Shown: positions 19,499 through 29,450 of the stretch, piece by piece
Position numbering within the stretch: the stretch's first letter is position 1
Layout: every line of letters starts with the position of its first letter
From: Desulfurobacteriaceae bacterium
Lineage (GTDB): Bacteria > Aquificota > Aquificia > Desulfurobacteriales > Desulfurobacteriaceae
Direction of reading: 5' to 3'
DNA: 64,000 nucleotides
Assembly: GCA_027063785.1 (NCBI GenBank)
Contig: JAMORC010000005.1
Span: 90,050-154,049 of the forward strand
The notes under the pieces: model-generated
The model's database searches: none
The model's input: the letters and a program-made list of their open reading frames with translations, nothing else
What the model was told of the DNA's origin: nothing
Position numbers and translations under genes: made by a program

Positions 19499-22400
19499 TT
19501 ATACAGCTACCTCTTTCTCTTTCTCCTTTTCGAGCCTCTCTTTCAGGAAGTAATCGATAGTTTCCACTCTGATTTTGATGGAACCGGAGGGGCGGTTTTC
19601 ATCTATTTCGTGGAATGTAAAGTGAGGAGTTCCGCTCTTTTCCGCTATCTCCTCTATTAAGGAGTAAATGGGAGCATCGTGGCCGCACCGGAAGGAGGAG
19701 AGGTCTAAAAGGGCGATGTTCGGATGTCTCGAACCGTAAAGGGCTGCCCAGACCTTTCTGTTTGTGTTTTCGCTGTATGCCTTTTTCCAGATGTCCCTTA
19801 TGGAAAACGGATCGCGGTCTGGGAAGAGTTTCTTGAGCGTTTCGTCGTCTACCGGGAGGGAGTCGATGGTTAGTATGGGGTAGCCTTTTTTCTGAAGCTC
19901 CTCGGTTATTCCGTGATTTATTCCCGGATCGTTGTGGTACGGTCGACCGAGGGCGAGGATTACAAATCTTCCTTCTGCTTCCGCCTTTTTGAGTACTTTC
20001 CTGCCGATATTTCTCATTTTTTCAATGTAGGCTTCTAAAGCCCTGAATCCCTCCTTGACGGCCTTTCTGTTTTCATCCCTTTTTAGGGATAGAAGTTCCT
20101 TAAAAGCTTCAAATAGCTCCCACTCCAATATCTCTTCATCGTCAAAGTGGAGTATGGGGTCAATCAGCTCTATTCCGAACTTTTTAAAAACGTCCTCTTC
20201 CTTTGTTAGGACTGCCTTTACCGATATGGGGGTTCCGGTAACCGTTGGGCAAGCGTGGGATCCCTCTGCATCCCGGAACATTCCTTTAAGCGTTGCTATT
20301 TTTGGAAACAGGATAAAGTCCGGTTTTTTCTTTATCAGGTCCCTTACGTGAGCTAAGGCCACCTTGCTGGGGAAGCACGGGTCTATTGCTCCTCCCCTTA
20401 ACTCCTCCCTCACCATCTTTTCTGACGTGTAGTCTGAGAACACGAATCTTTCGACTCCCAGGGACTCCAGGTAACCCCTGAAGAAAGGGGCAAGGGAGTA
20501 AAAGTTCAAAACTCTCGGTATTCCGGCTGTGAGTTTTTTTCTCCTCTCGATGACCTTCTTCCTGCTCAGAATACCGAAGGTTTTTTCTTGATAGACCTTA
20601 TTTACCGGGTAGCTTTCAAATACGGCCTTGGCGGCTATCTCCTGAAGATTGGGGTTTTCTTCCTTTAACCTGTTGAGTTTTTTTACTACCTCTTTTACCT
20701 CCGATGCGTCGGTTACTGTTCCTTTCTCGCAAGGGGCTATGATGTAGAGCCTTTTTCCTTCAGGAAGATTGACGGTTATGAAAGTCCTCTGACACCGGTT
20801 TGTGCAAAACTTGCACCTTGTCGTTTCATCGCTCTTTACTTCGAAGTCCAGTGATAGGAGCTTCTCGATACCTATGAAGTTGGAAGTTTCCCTGTAGTTT
20901 CTCATTGCTTCAACTGCCGCTCCGAAGGCTCCGGCCTCTCCCGTTATGGGGTGAACGAAAACTTCGGCATCGGGTACTCTTTCTTTTATAAAGTCGTATT
21001 GAGCCTTTACTGCTGCAAGGTTCCTCTGAGTTCCTCCTTGTAGCAGGAATCTCCTTCCGAGCCTTTTCAGGTTTGGTTCTTTTACAACGTAGAGCCATAC
21101 GTTTTTGGGAAGGACTTTTGCAAGGCCTGCCATAATCTCGTGAGGTTCCCACCCAAGTCGCTGGAAGTTAACGATATCCTGTTCCAGGAAAACCGCACAG
21201 CCGAAGTTGAACTTAGGAGCAAACTCCGCTTTAAAGGCGACGTCTGCAAACTCCTCGACCCTGTAACCAAACCGCTCAGCTGTTGACTGGAGGAAGTATC
21301 CATTTCCCGCCGAGCACTGAGTGTTGAGCTTGAAATCCTTTACCTCTCCGTTCCTAAGCACCATAACCTTTATGTCTTGTCCCCCGACGTCGACGATTAC
21401 ATCGATCTCTTTAAAGAAGTGCTTTGCCGATATCGTGTGGGCAACGGTTTCAACAACGGCCACATCTGCCCCTATCGTTTCCTTAAGCATTTCTTTTGCA
21501 TAGCCCGTAACCCCTACAGAAAGGATGGAAAGTTTCCCTCCCCTCTTTTCAACCTGATTCTTGAGATCCTCTACGACGCTCTTGGCGTCCTCAAGGGGAT
21601 TTCCCCTTGATAGGGTATAGCTGGTGGCCAGTAATCTTCCTTCAGGACTTATCAGGACAGCTTTTGTGGATGTTGATCCCCCGTCTATTCCGAGAAAGGC
21701 TTTTACTTCTCCGTTAAATTGCGGAGGTTTAAAAGGTTTTACACCGAACTTTTCCTTAAATTTGTCGAGGGATTCCCCTTTCTTCAGAAGTCCGGGCTCT
21801 CCTGTTTTTGCTTTAAGGTAGATTAACGACCTTTCCCTAAACTTCAGAAGCCCTTCTTTTCCTCTATAGGGGCTTTCCTCGTACTTGGAAAAGAGGGCTG
21901 TGCCGAGGGCGGCATAGAGCTGGGAATTCTCTGGAATTAATAGCGAGGAATCATCAAAGACTATTCCTTTCTCTTTCCAGAGTTTTTCAAGGTGATATTT
22001 CCAGGCTTGTTGGAGGGCCGGGAAGAAAGTATTTGGGCCTCCGAGTAAGAGAACTACCGGTCTTAGCGTGTAACCTCTCGTTAGGACTGCGAGGTTCTGA
22101 ACGACAATTGCGTCAAATAGGGAAATTAACAGTTCCTCTGCAGGAACTCCGGCCTTTTGAAGCCCGTTTATGTCGGTTTCTGCAAACACTCCGCACTTGG
22201 CCGCTACAGGGTGAACCTTTTCAGGGTCGTAAGAGACGGTGGTTGCGATATCTAAGGGGAGCTTCAACTTTGAAATTATCCTGTCGATAGTCGCCCCCGT
22301 TCCACCTGCGCACTTATCGTTCATCGTTGTTACTTTTCTCCTAACTCCGCTCCTTTCTATCCAGAAGATCATCTTTGCATCCTGACCCCCAAGCTCTACT

Positions 22401-22687
22401 ACAGAGTTAACTTCCGGATGGAGGCTTTCGACCGCGAGGCTTACTGCATTAACTTCCTGAACAAACTTTACTCCGAGGGCTGAAGCTATATCGCTTCCTC
22501 CACTTCCCGTTAGCAGAAGGTGAAAGTCCTTCCCTGCTATTCTCTCGAATTCCTCAAGGAGTTCTACAACCCGTTCGGACTGTCTTGCTTCATGGCGCTT
22601 ATAGCTCTTAAACAGTATGCGTCCTTTCTCGTCCAGAAGGACTCCCTTTACAGTTGTTGAACCTACATCTATTCCGGCTCTTAGCAT
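19499..22687 (-). CDS. large fusion protein: two BadF/BadG/BcrA/BcrD-type ATPase (CoA-substrate-specific enzyme activase) domains plus a C-terminal 2-hydroxyglutaryl-CoA dehydratase (HgdB/D-component)-like domain
   Basis: GIDVGSTTVKGVLLD and LGIDGGSTSTKAVLIS ATPase N-motifs. Long Cys-containing C-terminal domain. 1062 aa. Confidence 0.7.
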   Translation of the reverse strand: MLRAGIDVGSTTVKGVLLDEKGRILFKSYKRHEARQSERVVELLEEFERIAGKDFHLLLTGSGGSDIASALGVKFVQEVNAVSLAVESLHPEVNSVVELGGQDAKMIFWIERSGVRRKVTTMNDKCAGGTGATIDRIISKLKLPLDIATTVSYDPEKVHPVAAKCGVFAETDINGLQKAGVPAEELLISLFDAIVVQNLAVLTRGYTLRPVVLLLGGPNTFFPALQQAWKYHLEKLWKEKGIVFDDSSLLIPENSQLYAALGTALFSKYEESPYRGKEGLLKFRERSLIYLKAKTGEPGLLKKGESLDKFKEKFGVKPFKPPQFNGEVKAFLGIDGGSTSTKAVLISPEGRLLATSYTLSRGNPLEDAKSVVEDLKNQVEKRGGKLSILSVGVTGYAKEMLKETIGADVAVVETVAHTISAKHFFKEIDVIVDVGGQDIKVMVLRNGEVKDFKLNTQCSAGNGYFLQSTAERFGYRVEEFADVAFKAEFAPKFNFGCAVFLEQDIVNFQRLGWEPHEIMAGLAKVLPKNVWLYVVKEPNLKRLGRRFLLQGGTQRNLAAVKAQYDFIKERVPDAEVFVHPITGEAGAFGAAVEAMRNYRETSNFIGIEKLLSLDFEVKSDETTRCKFCTNRCQRTFITVNLPEGKRLYIIAPCEKGTVTDASEVKEVVKKLNRLKEENPNLQEIAAKAVFESYPVNKVYQEKTFGILSRKKVIERRKKLTAGIPRVLNFYSLAPFFRGYLESLGVERFVFSDYTSEKMVREELRGGAIDPCFPSKVALAHVRDLIKKKPDFILFPKIATLKGMFRDAEGSHACPTVTGTPISVKAVLTKEEDVFKKFGIELIDPILHFDDEEILEWELFEAFKELLSLKRDENRKAVKEGFRALEAYIEKMRNIGRKVLKKAEAEGRFVILALGRPYHNDPGINHGITEELQKKGYPILTIDSLPVDDETLKKLFPDRDPFSIRDIWKKAYSENTNRKVWAALYGSRHPNIALLDLSSFRCGHDAPIYSLIEEIAEKSGTPHFTFHEIDENRPSGSIKIRVETIDYFLKERLEKEKEKEVAV

Positions 22688-22754
22688 CTTTCCCCCCGGG
22701 CTTGGTAAAAATCTATTCCGGGGTGGTAGAATTTCTACGCTGCGGGAGGTTGGG

Positions 22755-23285
22755 ATGAGGAAATTGTTAATTCTGGTTGCTTTCCTGGCCTCAGGCTGTG
22801 CTACTGTGGATCGGTCGGATCCGAGGCTTAATAGCCTCGAGGCAAGGGTTGATGTTCTTGAGGTTAAGGAAGATCAGACAAGGAAAGAGATTGTTTCCCT
22901 GCAGAAAAAACTTCATCCCCTCCGGGAAAGACTTTCTAAGCTGGAAGTGCAGGTAAGAAATCTTCAAGGGGAAGTTGACAGAATTTCGAAACTTTTGAAA
23001 AGTATTGAATCTTCTCAGCGTAGGGTTTTAAGCGATTTAAAGCAGGTTGAAAAGCGGATAAGGGAGAGTCTAAAAGAAGAAAAACTTGAGAGAAACGGGA
23101 AAGTTGAGCTGTTAAAAAGGCAGATTTCGGCTCTCAGGTCGGAAGTTTCTGCCAAGCAAGCTGAAATAGATGTTCTAAAGAAGAAAATAACTTTGCTTGA
23201 AGAAAGGCTGAAAACTTTAAGGATACCGTCCGTTAAGGTTGAAAGGATTACTCCCGGGAAGGATTTAGAGAAAGGATCGAAGTAG
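22755..23285 (+). CDS. coiled-coil lipoprotein
   Basis: ATG 22755 after GGGAGG. Lipobox LASGC. Remainder heptad-rich (LKKKITLLEERLKTL). Confidence 0.55.
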   Translation: MRKLLILVAFLASGCATVDRSDPRLNSLEARVDVLEVKEDQTRKEIVSLQKKLHPLRERLSKLEVQVRNLQGEVDRISKLLKSIESSQRRVLSDLKQVEKRIRESLKEEKLERNGKVELLKRQISALRSEVSAKQAEIDVLKKKITLLEERLKTLRIPSVKVERITPGKDLEKGSK

Positions 23286-23777
23286 CAAAAAGAGAAGAAC
23301 CAGGGCAGCGGTAAGAATTAACGCCTGTGAGCCGTAGCTCTTTTTGTAGTTTTTGAGAGCTTCTCTGTAATTTTCGGAGAGCTTCTCCTCAGGAACCCGT
23401 TTCCCGACTTCTTCCATTATTCGCTTGAAGTCTTCGGTTGAGTCATCTATGACAATTAGCTTCCCTTCCTTAGTAGAGATAAAAAGGAAATTTCTCCTTC
23501 CGGGAACGGCCGAGACTTCGGAGATCTCTTCCCACTTTACCCTCTTTTTTCCCGTAATTCCGACAACTTCAAGGCCTTCCTCACTTATAACAACCTTTTT
23601 TACCGAAAGGAATAAAAAGTAAGCGAGGACGGGGAGTGCGAACAGGATAAGGATTATGGCCGAGAAATTCACTCCGCCGCTCTTTTTCAGGAGAAGGAAG
23701 AAGAAGAGAGCGTAAGCTACAACCAGGAGGCCGTAGCTGATGAAAGTTAGCTTTTCTGTTTTAAAGGTTTCTTTCAT
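23265..23777 (-). CDS. small membrane protein (2 TM helices + cytoplasmic PH-like domain)
   Basis: Hydrophobic segments at the N-terminal third. Overlaps the aminotransferase stop. Confidence 0.45.
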   Translation of the reverse strand: MKETFKTEKLTFISYGLLVVAYALFFFLLLKKSGGVNFSAIILILFALPVLAYFLFLSVKKVVISEEGLEVVGITGKKRVKWEEISEVSAVPGRRNFLFISTKEGKLIVIDDSTEDFKRIMEEVGKRVPEEKLSENYREALKNYKKSYGSQALILTAALVLLFLLLRSFL

Positions 23778-24973
23778 CCGATAAGCTCCTCGGCTGCTTC
23801 TTTAAATCTCTTGAGGCCCTCTACGATGTTTTCCATAGATGTTGCGTAAGAAAGCCTCAGGTATCCGGGATAACCAAAAGCCGTTCCCGGAACAACTGCG
23901 ATTTTTGCCTTTTCAAGGAGGTAGTCGGCAAGTTCGAAGTCGTTCTTTAGTCCTCCTTTTTCTATTAATTCTTTAACGTTTGGGAAGGCGTAGAAAGCTC
24001 CTGACGGCATGAGGCACCTTACGCCCGGAATCTCGTTGAGTTTCTCTACCATGTATCGGCGCCTCTCATCAAAGGCCTCAAGCCATTCCTTAAGGAAGTC
24101 TTTCGGCTTTACCAGCGCTGCGACTGCTGCCTTCTGTGCTATCGAGTTAACGTTGGAAATTGACTGGGAGTTAATCTTGATCATTGCATCGATGATTTCT
24201 TTCGGTCCTGCGGCGTAGCCAACTCTCCAGCCGGTCATCGAAAATGCCTTGGATAGTGCATTAATAGTTACCGTGACGGATTTTATCTCTTCGGAAATGG
24301 AGGCGATGCTGACGTGTTTAACTCCGTCGTAGGTCAGTTTTTCATAACATTCGTCGGATGCTATTAGAATTCCCCTTTCGGCACAGAACTTTCCTATCCT
24401 TTCGAGTTCTTCCTTCGGAATTACGGCTCCCGTCGGGTTGTTCGGGGAACAGAGTATCAGCATTTTTGTCTTTTCGGAAACTGCAGGTTCTATATCTTCC
24501 AGTGTAAGGGTGAAGTGCTTTACTTCTTTTGTCTCTACAAAGACGGGCTTTCCGCCGGCAAACTTTACCTGTTCAGGGTAGGTAACCCAGTAAGGAGCGG
24601 GGATTATAACTTCGTCTCCTTCCTCGATTACAGAGAGCATGAGGTTGAATAGGGCCTGCTTTGCTCCGTCGGTTATTACTACTTCCTCCGGTTCGTACTC
24701 TATACCGTTTTCTTCCCTTAACTTGTCGGCAACAGCCCGCCTGAGTTCCGGTATCCCGGCAGGTGGAGTGTATTTGGTAAACCCCATATCAATGGCTTCT
24801 TTCGCGGCCTCCTTTATGTGTTCGGGGGTGTCGAAGTCGGGCTCTCCCGCTCCAAAGCCTATGACGTCTATTCCCTTTGCCCTTAGCTCCTTTGCCTTGC
24901 TCGTAATGGCCATTGTAGGAGAAGGTGACATGTTGAGAACTCTTTTGGAAAGTTTCATTTCTACCTCCCTCAA
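23774..24973 (-). CDS. class I/II PLP-dependent aminotransferase (aspartate aminotransferase-like)
   Basis: PLP-Lys region SKAFSMTGWRVGY. N-terminal LSKRVLNMSPSPT. 399 aa. Confidence 0.85.
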   Translation of the reverse strand: MREVEMKLSKRVLNMSPSPTMAITSKAKELRAKGIDVIGFGAGEPDFDTPEHIKEAAKEAIDMGFTKYTPPAGIPELRRAVADKLREENGIEYEPEEVVITDGAKQALFNLMLSVIEEGDEVIIPAPYWVTYPEQVKFAGGKPVFVETKEVKHFTLTLEDIEPAVSEKTKMLILCSPNNPTGAVIPKEELERIGKFCAERGILIASDECYEKLTYDGVKHVSIASISEEIKSVTVTINALSKAFSMTGWRVGYAAGPKEIIDAMIKINSQSISNVNSIAQKAAVAALVKPKDFLKEWLEAFDERRRYMVEKLNEIPGVRCLMPSGAFYAFPNVKELIEKGGLKNDFELADYLLEKAKIAVVPGTAFGYPGYLRLSYATSMENIVEGLKRFKEAAEELIG

Positions 24974-24980
24974 ATTGTCG

Positions 24981-25009
24981 TTGACATTTTACCTCTTTAC
25001 TGTTACTTT
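24981..25009 (+). promoter_or_regulatory. candidate sigma70-type promoter for the dksA/traR-like gene
   Basis: Perfect TTGACA, 17-nt spacer, weak -10 TACTTT, about 20 nt upstream of the RBS. Confidence 0.3.
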
Positions 25010-25030
25010 TGCCCCTGAAAAAGAGAGGAG

Positions 25031-25420
25031 GTGAAGATGAAAGGGAACAGGTGCCTTACTCCCGAGCAAATCAAAGAGTTAAAAGAGATTCTTGAGAGAA
25101 GGAGGAAAGAAGTTCTTGAAGACATAAAGAGAGGGCTTGAGGAGAACGCCCATGCGGAAAGGGAAGTCGGTGACATAGTTGATATGTCCACTGACGAAAT
25201 ACTAAGAACGTTTGAGATGAGGATAAGGGACAGGGAAGCCAAGTACCTTAAGAAGATTGAGAAAGCTCTGAGGAAGATAGAGGAAGGAACTTACGGTATC
25301 TGTGAAAAGTGCGGAGCCTGCATAAAGTACGAAAGGCTCAAGCTGAGACCGGTTGCAGAGCTTTGTATAAAGTGCAAGCTCGAGCAGGAGAACTACGAGA
25401 GAAAGTTTGGAGAAGAGTAG
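25031..25420 (+). CDS. DksA/TraR-family C4 zinc-finger transcription factor
   Basis: C-terminal CEKCGACI...CIKCK. Acidic coiled-coil N-terminus. Start GTG 25031 or ATG 25037 after AGGAGG. Confidence 0.75.
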   Translation: MKMKGNRCLTPEQIKELKEILERRRKEVLEDIKRGLEENAHAEREVGDIVDMSTDEILRTFEMRIRDREAKYLKKIEKALRKIEEGTYGICEKCGACIKYERLKLRPVAELCIKCKLEQENYERKFGEE

Positions 25421-25426
25421 TTGAGA

Positions 25427-25450
25427 GGGGGAGGAACTCCTCCCCCTTTA
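25427..25450. terminator. bidirectional rho-independent terminator between convergent dksA-like gene and speH
   Basis: GGGGGAGG-AACT-CCTCCCCC 8-bp hairpin followed by TTTAT. Confidence 0.7.
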
Positions 25451-25455
25451 TAAAC

Positions 25456-25845
25456 TCAGCCGACGCTTGCGCAGAAAGTAACTTCTTCTTCCTCGCTTAC
25501 AACCCCTCTGAAATGAACGTCTTTTTCGACCCTTTCCGGAGAGAGCTTTTCAACTATGTAGTCAAAAGCCTTGAAGGCGTTTTCATGATCCCCGCAGGTG
25601 TAAACATCAATGGCAACGTAGCCGTGTTCGGGCCACGTGTGGAATGAAAGGTGAGATTCTGATATTACAACAACCCCCGTCGCCCCGAAGGGCTCGAACT
25701 GGTGGTAGTAGGAAGAGAGCTTGTTGAGGTTGGCGTGCTTTACGGCTCCTTCGAAAACTTCTGCCATCCTTTCGGCAGATTTGAGGATTTCCGGGTCGCA
25801 CCCGTAAAGGTCGGCAACGATGTGGACGCCGAGGGTCTTGGCCAT
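25456..25845 (-). CDS. speH: S-adenosylmethionine decarboxylase proenzyme (small pyruvoyl-dependent type)
   Basis: Self-cleavage site region VVISESHLSFHTWPE. 129 aa. Confidence 0.85.
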   Translation of the reverse strand: MAKTLGVHIVADLYGCDPEILKSAERMAEVFEGAVKHANLNKLSSYYHQFEPFGATGVVVISESHLSFHTWPEHGYVAIDVYTCGDHENAFKAFDYIVEKLSPERVEKDVHFRGVVSEEEEVTFCASVG

Positions 25846-25978
25846 TTTCCTTCCTCCTCTATAAGAAGTTAAATAACACTCAAGGTCGGTTTCCTCCCCG
25901 GAGGACTTTTTATCGGGAATTATACATCTTAACAGGTTTAAAATTTAAAAATCGCAGTTTGAGAAAATAGGAATAAAA

Positions 25979-27445
25979 ATGGAAAGGGCAACTGCTTTAG
26001 AAAAGCATACCCTTTACATTTTCTTCGTAGCTTTCCTTCTCCTTTTCTTAACATCCTTTGAAGCGGACTACTCTTTCTTTTTCTTGCTTGCAGCTTTTCT
26101 TGTTGCGCTCTTTTACACCCTGAGGTTTAAGGCAGTCGAGCTTCTAACGGCATTTCCCGCCGTCTTTATCCTGTTTTTTATTTCCCTTCTGATTCACGGT
26201 AAACCTGAAAGCGGGAAGGTTGTGTGGATTAGAGTTTGTGGAGATGACTGTAAAGTTGTACTGACGGAAAATCGCAGGAGTATTAAGGTTTGCGACAATT
26301 CTGTTGAAATCGGGGATACGGTGGATGAAAAGGGTAACGTTGTGAAGAAGGGTAATCCACTGCTTTCTTTCATTCCTCGCCTCCGATACAGCTTTTACAG
26401 GAAAGTCGAAGAGAACCTTGACTATCCGATTTCGGCCGTTGTCGGAGCTGTTACACTCGGTGTCAGGTATGAAATCCCTTACGGTGTTAAAGGTTACGTC
26501 CTCCTTTCCGGAAATTACCCTTACCTGGCCATATCCGGGCTTCACGTTGGCATAGTGGTTGGTTTTCTGGGCCTGATTTTAAAAGTCTTTCGAGTTAGGA
26601 GACCTTTAACAAAGGCTTCCGTTGCCGTCCTTCCCCTTATGCCTTTAACCGGATTTCCTCCTTCTGCCGTCAGGGCTTACGTTTTTATGTTCTTAATTGC
26701 ACTCGGTCTGGAAAATTACAGAAGGGTTGATCCGATTTACCTGCTGGGCGTTGTTTTGGTGATTACGACAGTTTTCCAGGGAGTTTCCCTCTCTTCTGCC
26801 CTTTCCTTTTCCGCTGTTTGCGGAATACTTCTCTTTCTCAGGGGAAGTGAACCGGTATGGAAAAGGACGTTTGCAGCTGCCGTTGCTTCTTTCTTCTATA
26901 CACTTCCCCTCGTCCTTGCAAACTTCGGAACTGTAAATGTCCTTTCATTCCTGACCTCTGCCGTTACGGGGTTTTTCTTTGTGCCTTTCCTGATCCTTTC
27001 GTTTGTTTCCGCTTTAACTCAGTTTAAGGTAGAACTGCTGAACCGGATTACTGATTGGTCTGGCTACATCTTTCTATACCTGAACAGAGAACTCTTTTTC
27101 CTAACGAGGTTTGCCGTTTTCCACTTTGAGGCCGGGAAGGTTCTTACGGCGATAACGCTTCTTTCTATGCTTTTCCTTATTCTTTTGGGTTACAGGAGGC
27201 TTACCCTTTTGCCTCCGGTTCTTATGTTAATCTTTGGTTTCCTTAATCCGATAGAAGTTGTCGGAAAGAAGCTGGAAGTTGAGGGATGGCGTTTAAATTC
27301 ATTTTCTTTTGTTTCTACCGATGGGCAGAAATACAGGGGCTGTAAAATTTACGGGGACTATGTTTTTCCCGTAACCAGGGAATTCCTTTTTAGGAATAAA
27401 GTAATTGATAAAAGGGCTATAATTGATTACCCTCTGAGGAGGTGA
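25979..27445 (+). CDS. comEC: ComEC/Rec2-family membrane protein (competence domain only, no metallo-beta-lactamase domain)
   Basis: Polytopic membrane protein with the ComEC signature LAISGLHVGIVVGF. Confidence 0.7.
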   Translation: MERATALEKHTLYIFFVAFLLLFLTSFEADYSFFFLLAAFLVALFYTLRFKAVELLTAFPAVFILFFISLLIHGKPESGKVVWIRVCGDDCKVVLTENRRSIKVCDNSVEIGDTVDEKGNVVKKGNPLLSFIPRLRYSFYRKVEENLDYPISAVVGAVTLGVRYEIPYGVKGYVLLSGNYPYLAISGLHVGIVVGFLGLILKVFRVRRPLTKASVAVLPLMPLTGFPPSAVRAYVFMFLIALGLENYRRVDPIYLLGVVLVITTVFQGVSLSSALSFSAVCGILLFLRGSEPVWKRTFAAAVASFFYTLPLVLANFGTVNVLSFLTSAVTGFFFVPFLILSFVSALTQFKVELLNRITDWSGYIFLYLNRELFFLTRFAVFHFEAGKVLTAITLLSMLFLILLGYRRLTLLPPVLMLIFGFLNPIEVVGKKLEVEGWRLNSFSFVSTDGQKYRGCKIYGDYVFPVTREFLFRNKVIDKRAIIDYPLRR

Positions 27446-29113
27446 GTGATGGTTACTCTGATATTCCTCTTTGCTGTTGCTGTTCTTTTCTTTGCCTACA
27501 GGATTTACGGTTACTTTCTGAGAGATAGAGTTTTTGAGCTTGACAATAGTCGCAAAACGCCCGCCCATGAAATGAGGGACGGAGTTGACTACGTTCCTGC
27601 TCCTGCCCCCGTCCTGCTGGGACATCACTTCTCCTCTATTGCAGGAGCGGGACCGATAGTTGGGCCGATAACGGCAGCTTCGTCCTGGGGCTGGCTTCCT
27701 GCTTACATCTGGGTCTTAATAGGTAACGTCTTTATAGGCGGTGTTCATGATATGAGTTCCCTCGTCGCCTCGGTGAGGAACAAGGCAAGGTCGATTGCCG
27801 AAATCGGAGGGATGTACCTTTCGAAAAGGGCAGGTTTTCTTTTTAAACTTTTTATCTGGCTTGCCCTGCTCTACGTTGTTGCCGTCTTTATAAATGTTGC
27901 CCAGATAACGTTTAATGCGAAAGTTCCCGTTCTTGAAGGGGGGACTGTAAAGGTACTTGACATAGGCGGAGGGGTGGCCACCTCCGCCGTGATCTACATA
28001 ATTTTGGCCGTCCTCTTTGGGCTTTTGGTCTACAACTATAAGGTGAGCTTGAAGGTTGCTACGGCCGTTTTCGTCGTTCTGGTTTACCTGGCCGTTTACG
28101 TCGGGCAGTTGATTCCTATCCACCTGTCTCCTACTACCTGGAACTTTATATTGATTGCTTACGTTGCTGTTGCTTCGGTTACTCCCGTCTGGATTCTCCT
28201 GCAGCCCAGGGATTACCTGTCGAGCTTCCTCCTTTACGGAGCCGTTCTTGGTGCCGGAGTGGGGATACTTCTTTCTTTCGGTAAAGTTTCCCCGAATATC
28301 CCGGCCTTTACGGGATTTATGAGTGACATAGGGCCCCTCGTTCCCCTCCTTTTCGTCGTTATAGCCTGCGGTTCGATTTCCGGTTTTCACTCATTGGTCG
28401 GTTCCGGGACAACCTCCAAACAGCTTGACAAAGAAAGGGATGCCCTCCCCGTTGGCTACGGTGCCATGTTGCTTGAGGGAGTTGTAGCCGTTATGTCAAT
28501 AATTTTTGTTATTGTCCTTTCAAGCTCGGAGTTTGAGGTTCTTAAGAAGAACGTGGCTGCCATTTACGGTGCGGGAATAGGGAAGTTTCTCTCCTTCCTT
28601 GGAGTTCCCCAGCAGGTCGGCGTTGCTTTCGGAATGCTTGCGCTTTCTTCCTTCGTCCTTACCAGCACCGATACCGGAACCAGGCTTGCAAGATACGTCT
28701 TTACCGAGCTTACCGGTATAAGGAACAGGTTTTTTGCTACTGCCGTTTCACTGCTCATACCTGCTTTCCTTGTCTTCCTGAAGTACAGGGATCCTGCCAC
28801 CGGGAAGTTACTTCCCGTCTGGAAAGCCCTCTGGCCTGTATTCGGGGCCACAAACCAGCTGATTGCAGCCCTTGCCCTCTTTGTTGTTATGGTGTGGCTC
28901 ATAAAAACGGGAAAGGAGAAGTACTGGTTTGTTCCCGGAGTCCCGGCTCTATTCATGGCAGTTATAACTCTCTGGTCGCTTATTATGCTCTTTATCAAGT
29001 GGAAGTTTACCGTTATCGGAATTGCTGCCCTTATTCAGGTTTTCCTTGCCCTTTGGATATTCTACGAAGGGGCTTTGGCCCTTAAAAAGCTGAAAGAGGA
29101 GAGGAATGGCTGA
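27446..29113 (+). CDS. cstA: carbon starvation protein A (peptide/pyruvate transporter)
   Basis: N-terminal CstA motif VDYVPAPAPVLLGHHFSSIAGAGPIVGPI. ~16 TM helices. Confidence 0.85.
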   Translation: MMVTLIFLFAVAVLFFAYRIYGYFLRDRVFELDNSRKTPAHEMRDGVDYVPAPAPVLLGHHFSSIAGAGPIVGPITAASSWGWLPAYIWVLIGNVFIGGVHDMSSLVASVRNKARSIAEIGGMYLSKRAGFLFKLFIWLALLYVVAVFINVAQITFNAKVPVLEGGTVKVLDIGGGVATSAVIYIILAVLFGLLVYNYKVSLKVATAVFVVLVYLAVYVGQLIPIHLSPTTWNFILIAYVAVASVTPVWILLQPRDYLSSFLLYGAVLGAGVGILLSFGKVSPNIPAFTGFMSDIGPLVPLLFVVIACGSISGFHSLVGSGTTSKQLDKERDALPVGYGAMLLEGVVAVMSIIFVIVLSSSEFEVLKKNVAAIYGAGIGKFLSFLGVPQQVGVAFGMLALSSFVLTSTDTGTRLARYVFTELTGIRNRFFATAVSLLIPAFLVFLKYRDPATGKLLPVWKALWPVFGATNQLIAALALFVVMVWLIKTGKEKYWFVPGVPALFMAVITLWSLIMLFIKWKFTVIGIAALIQVFLALWIFYEGALALKKLKEERNG

Positions 29114-29450
29114 AGCTAAGGACTGGAAGGAGAAACTCTACTTCATAGTTACCGGAGTAAGGCTTCACGCGAAAGAGTTCCTGATAAGGAAAACGGGACG
29201 TTTTAAGAAATACGATTACTGTATATCCTTTCCGTCTATACCCGAAGGTTTGAAGGCTGAAAAGTTTCTTGAAGGGTTTGATGCCGTTTCGATTCCTATT
29301 CCCGATGAGATTTTTGAAGGGTGCGGTGTCGGTGTTCTTGTTTCGGAGAAAGACCTTGACAGGTTGCTTTCTCACTTTAGAGAGAAAGGCGTATTAATTT
29401 CGGGGATTTTTAAGAGGAAAGGAGATCGTTTTGTTGAGGTGGAGAAGTGA
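29106..29450 (+). CDS. small DUF3343-like protein downstream of cstA
   Basis: ATG overlaps cstA end. RBS GAGGAGAGGA. ~114 aa alpha/beta protein. Confidence 0.5.
   Translation: MAEAKDWKEKLYFIVTGVRLHAKEFLIRKTGRFKKYDYCISFPSIPEGLKAEKFLEGFDAVSIPIPDEIFEGCGVGVLVSEKDLDRLLSHFREKGVLISGIFKRKGDRFVEVEK

Noticed and set aside
22688-22754. CCCCGG...CCGGGG inverted repeat and TTGGTA-19-TAGAAT promoter-like elements upstream of the lipoprotein gene
   Set aside because: The spacer is 19 nt and the hairpin has an 18-nt loop. Too weak to call either a promoter or a terminator with confidence.
25870-25895. TCCTCC-CC-GGAGGA palindrome followed by CTTTTTAT in the speH/comEC divergent region
   Set aside because: The loop is too short for a stable terminator, and it sits between divergent starts where termination is not expected. 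More likely RBS/operator sequence; only mentioned in connection with the palindromic-RBS observation.
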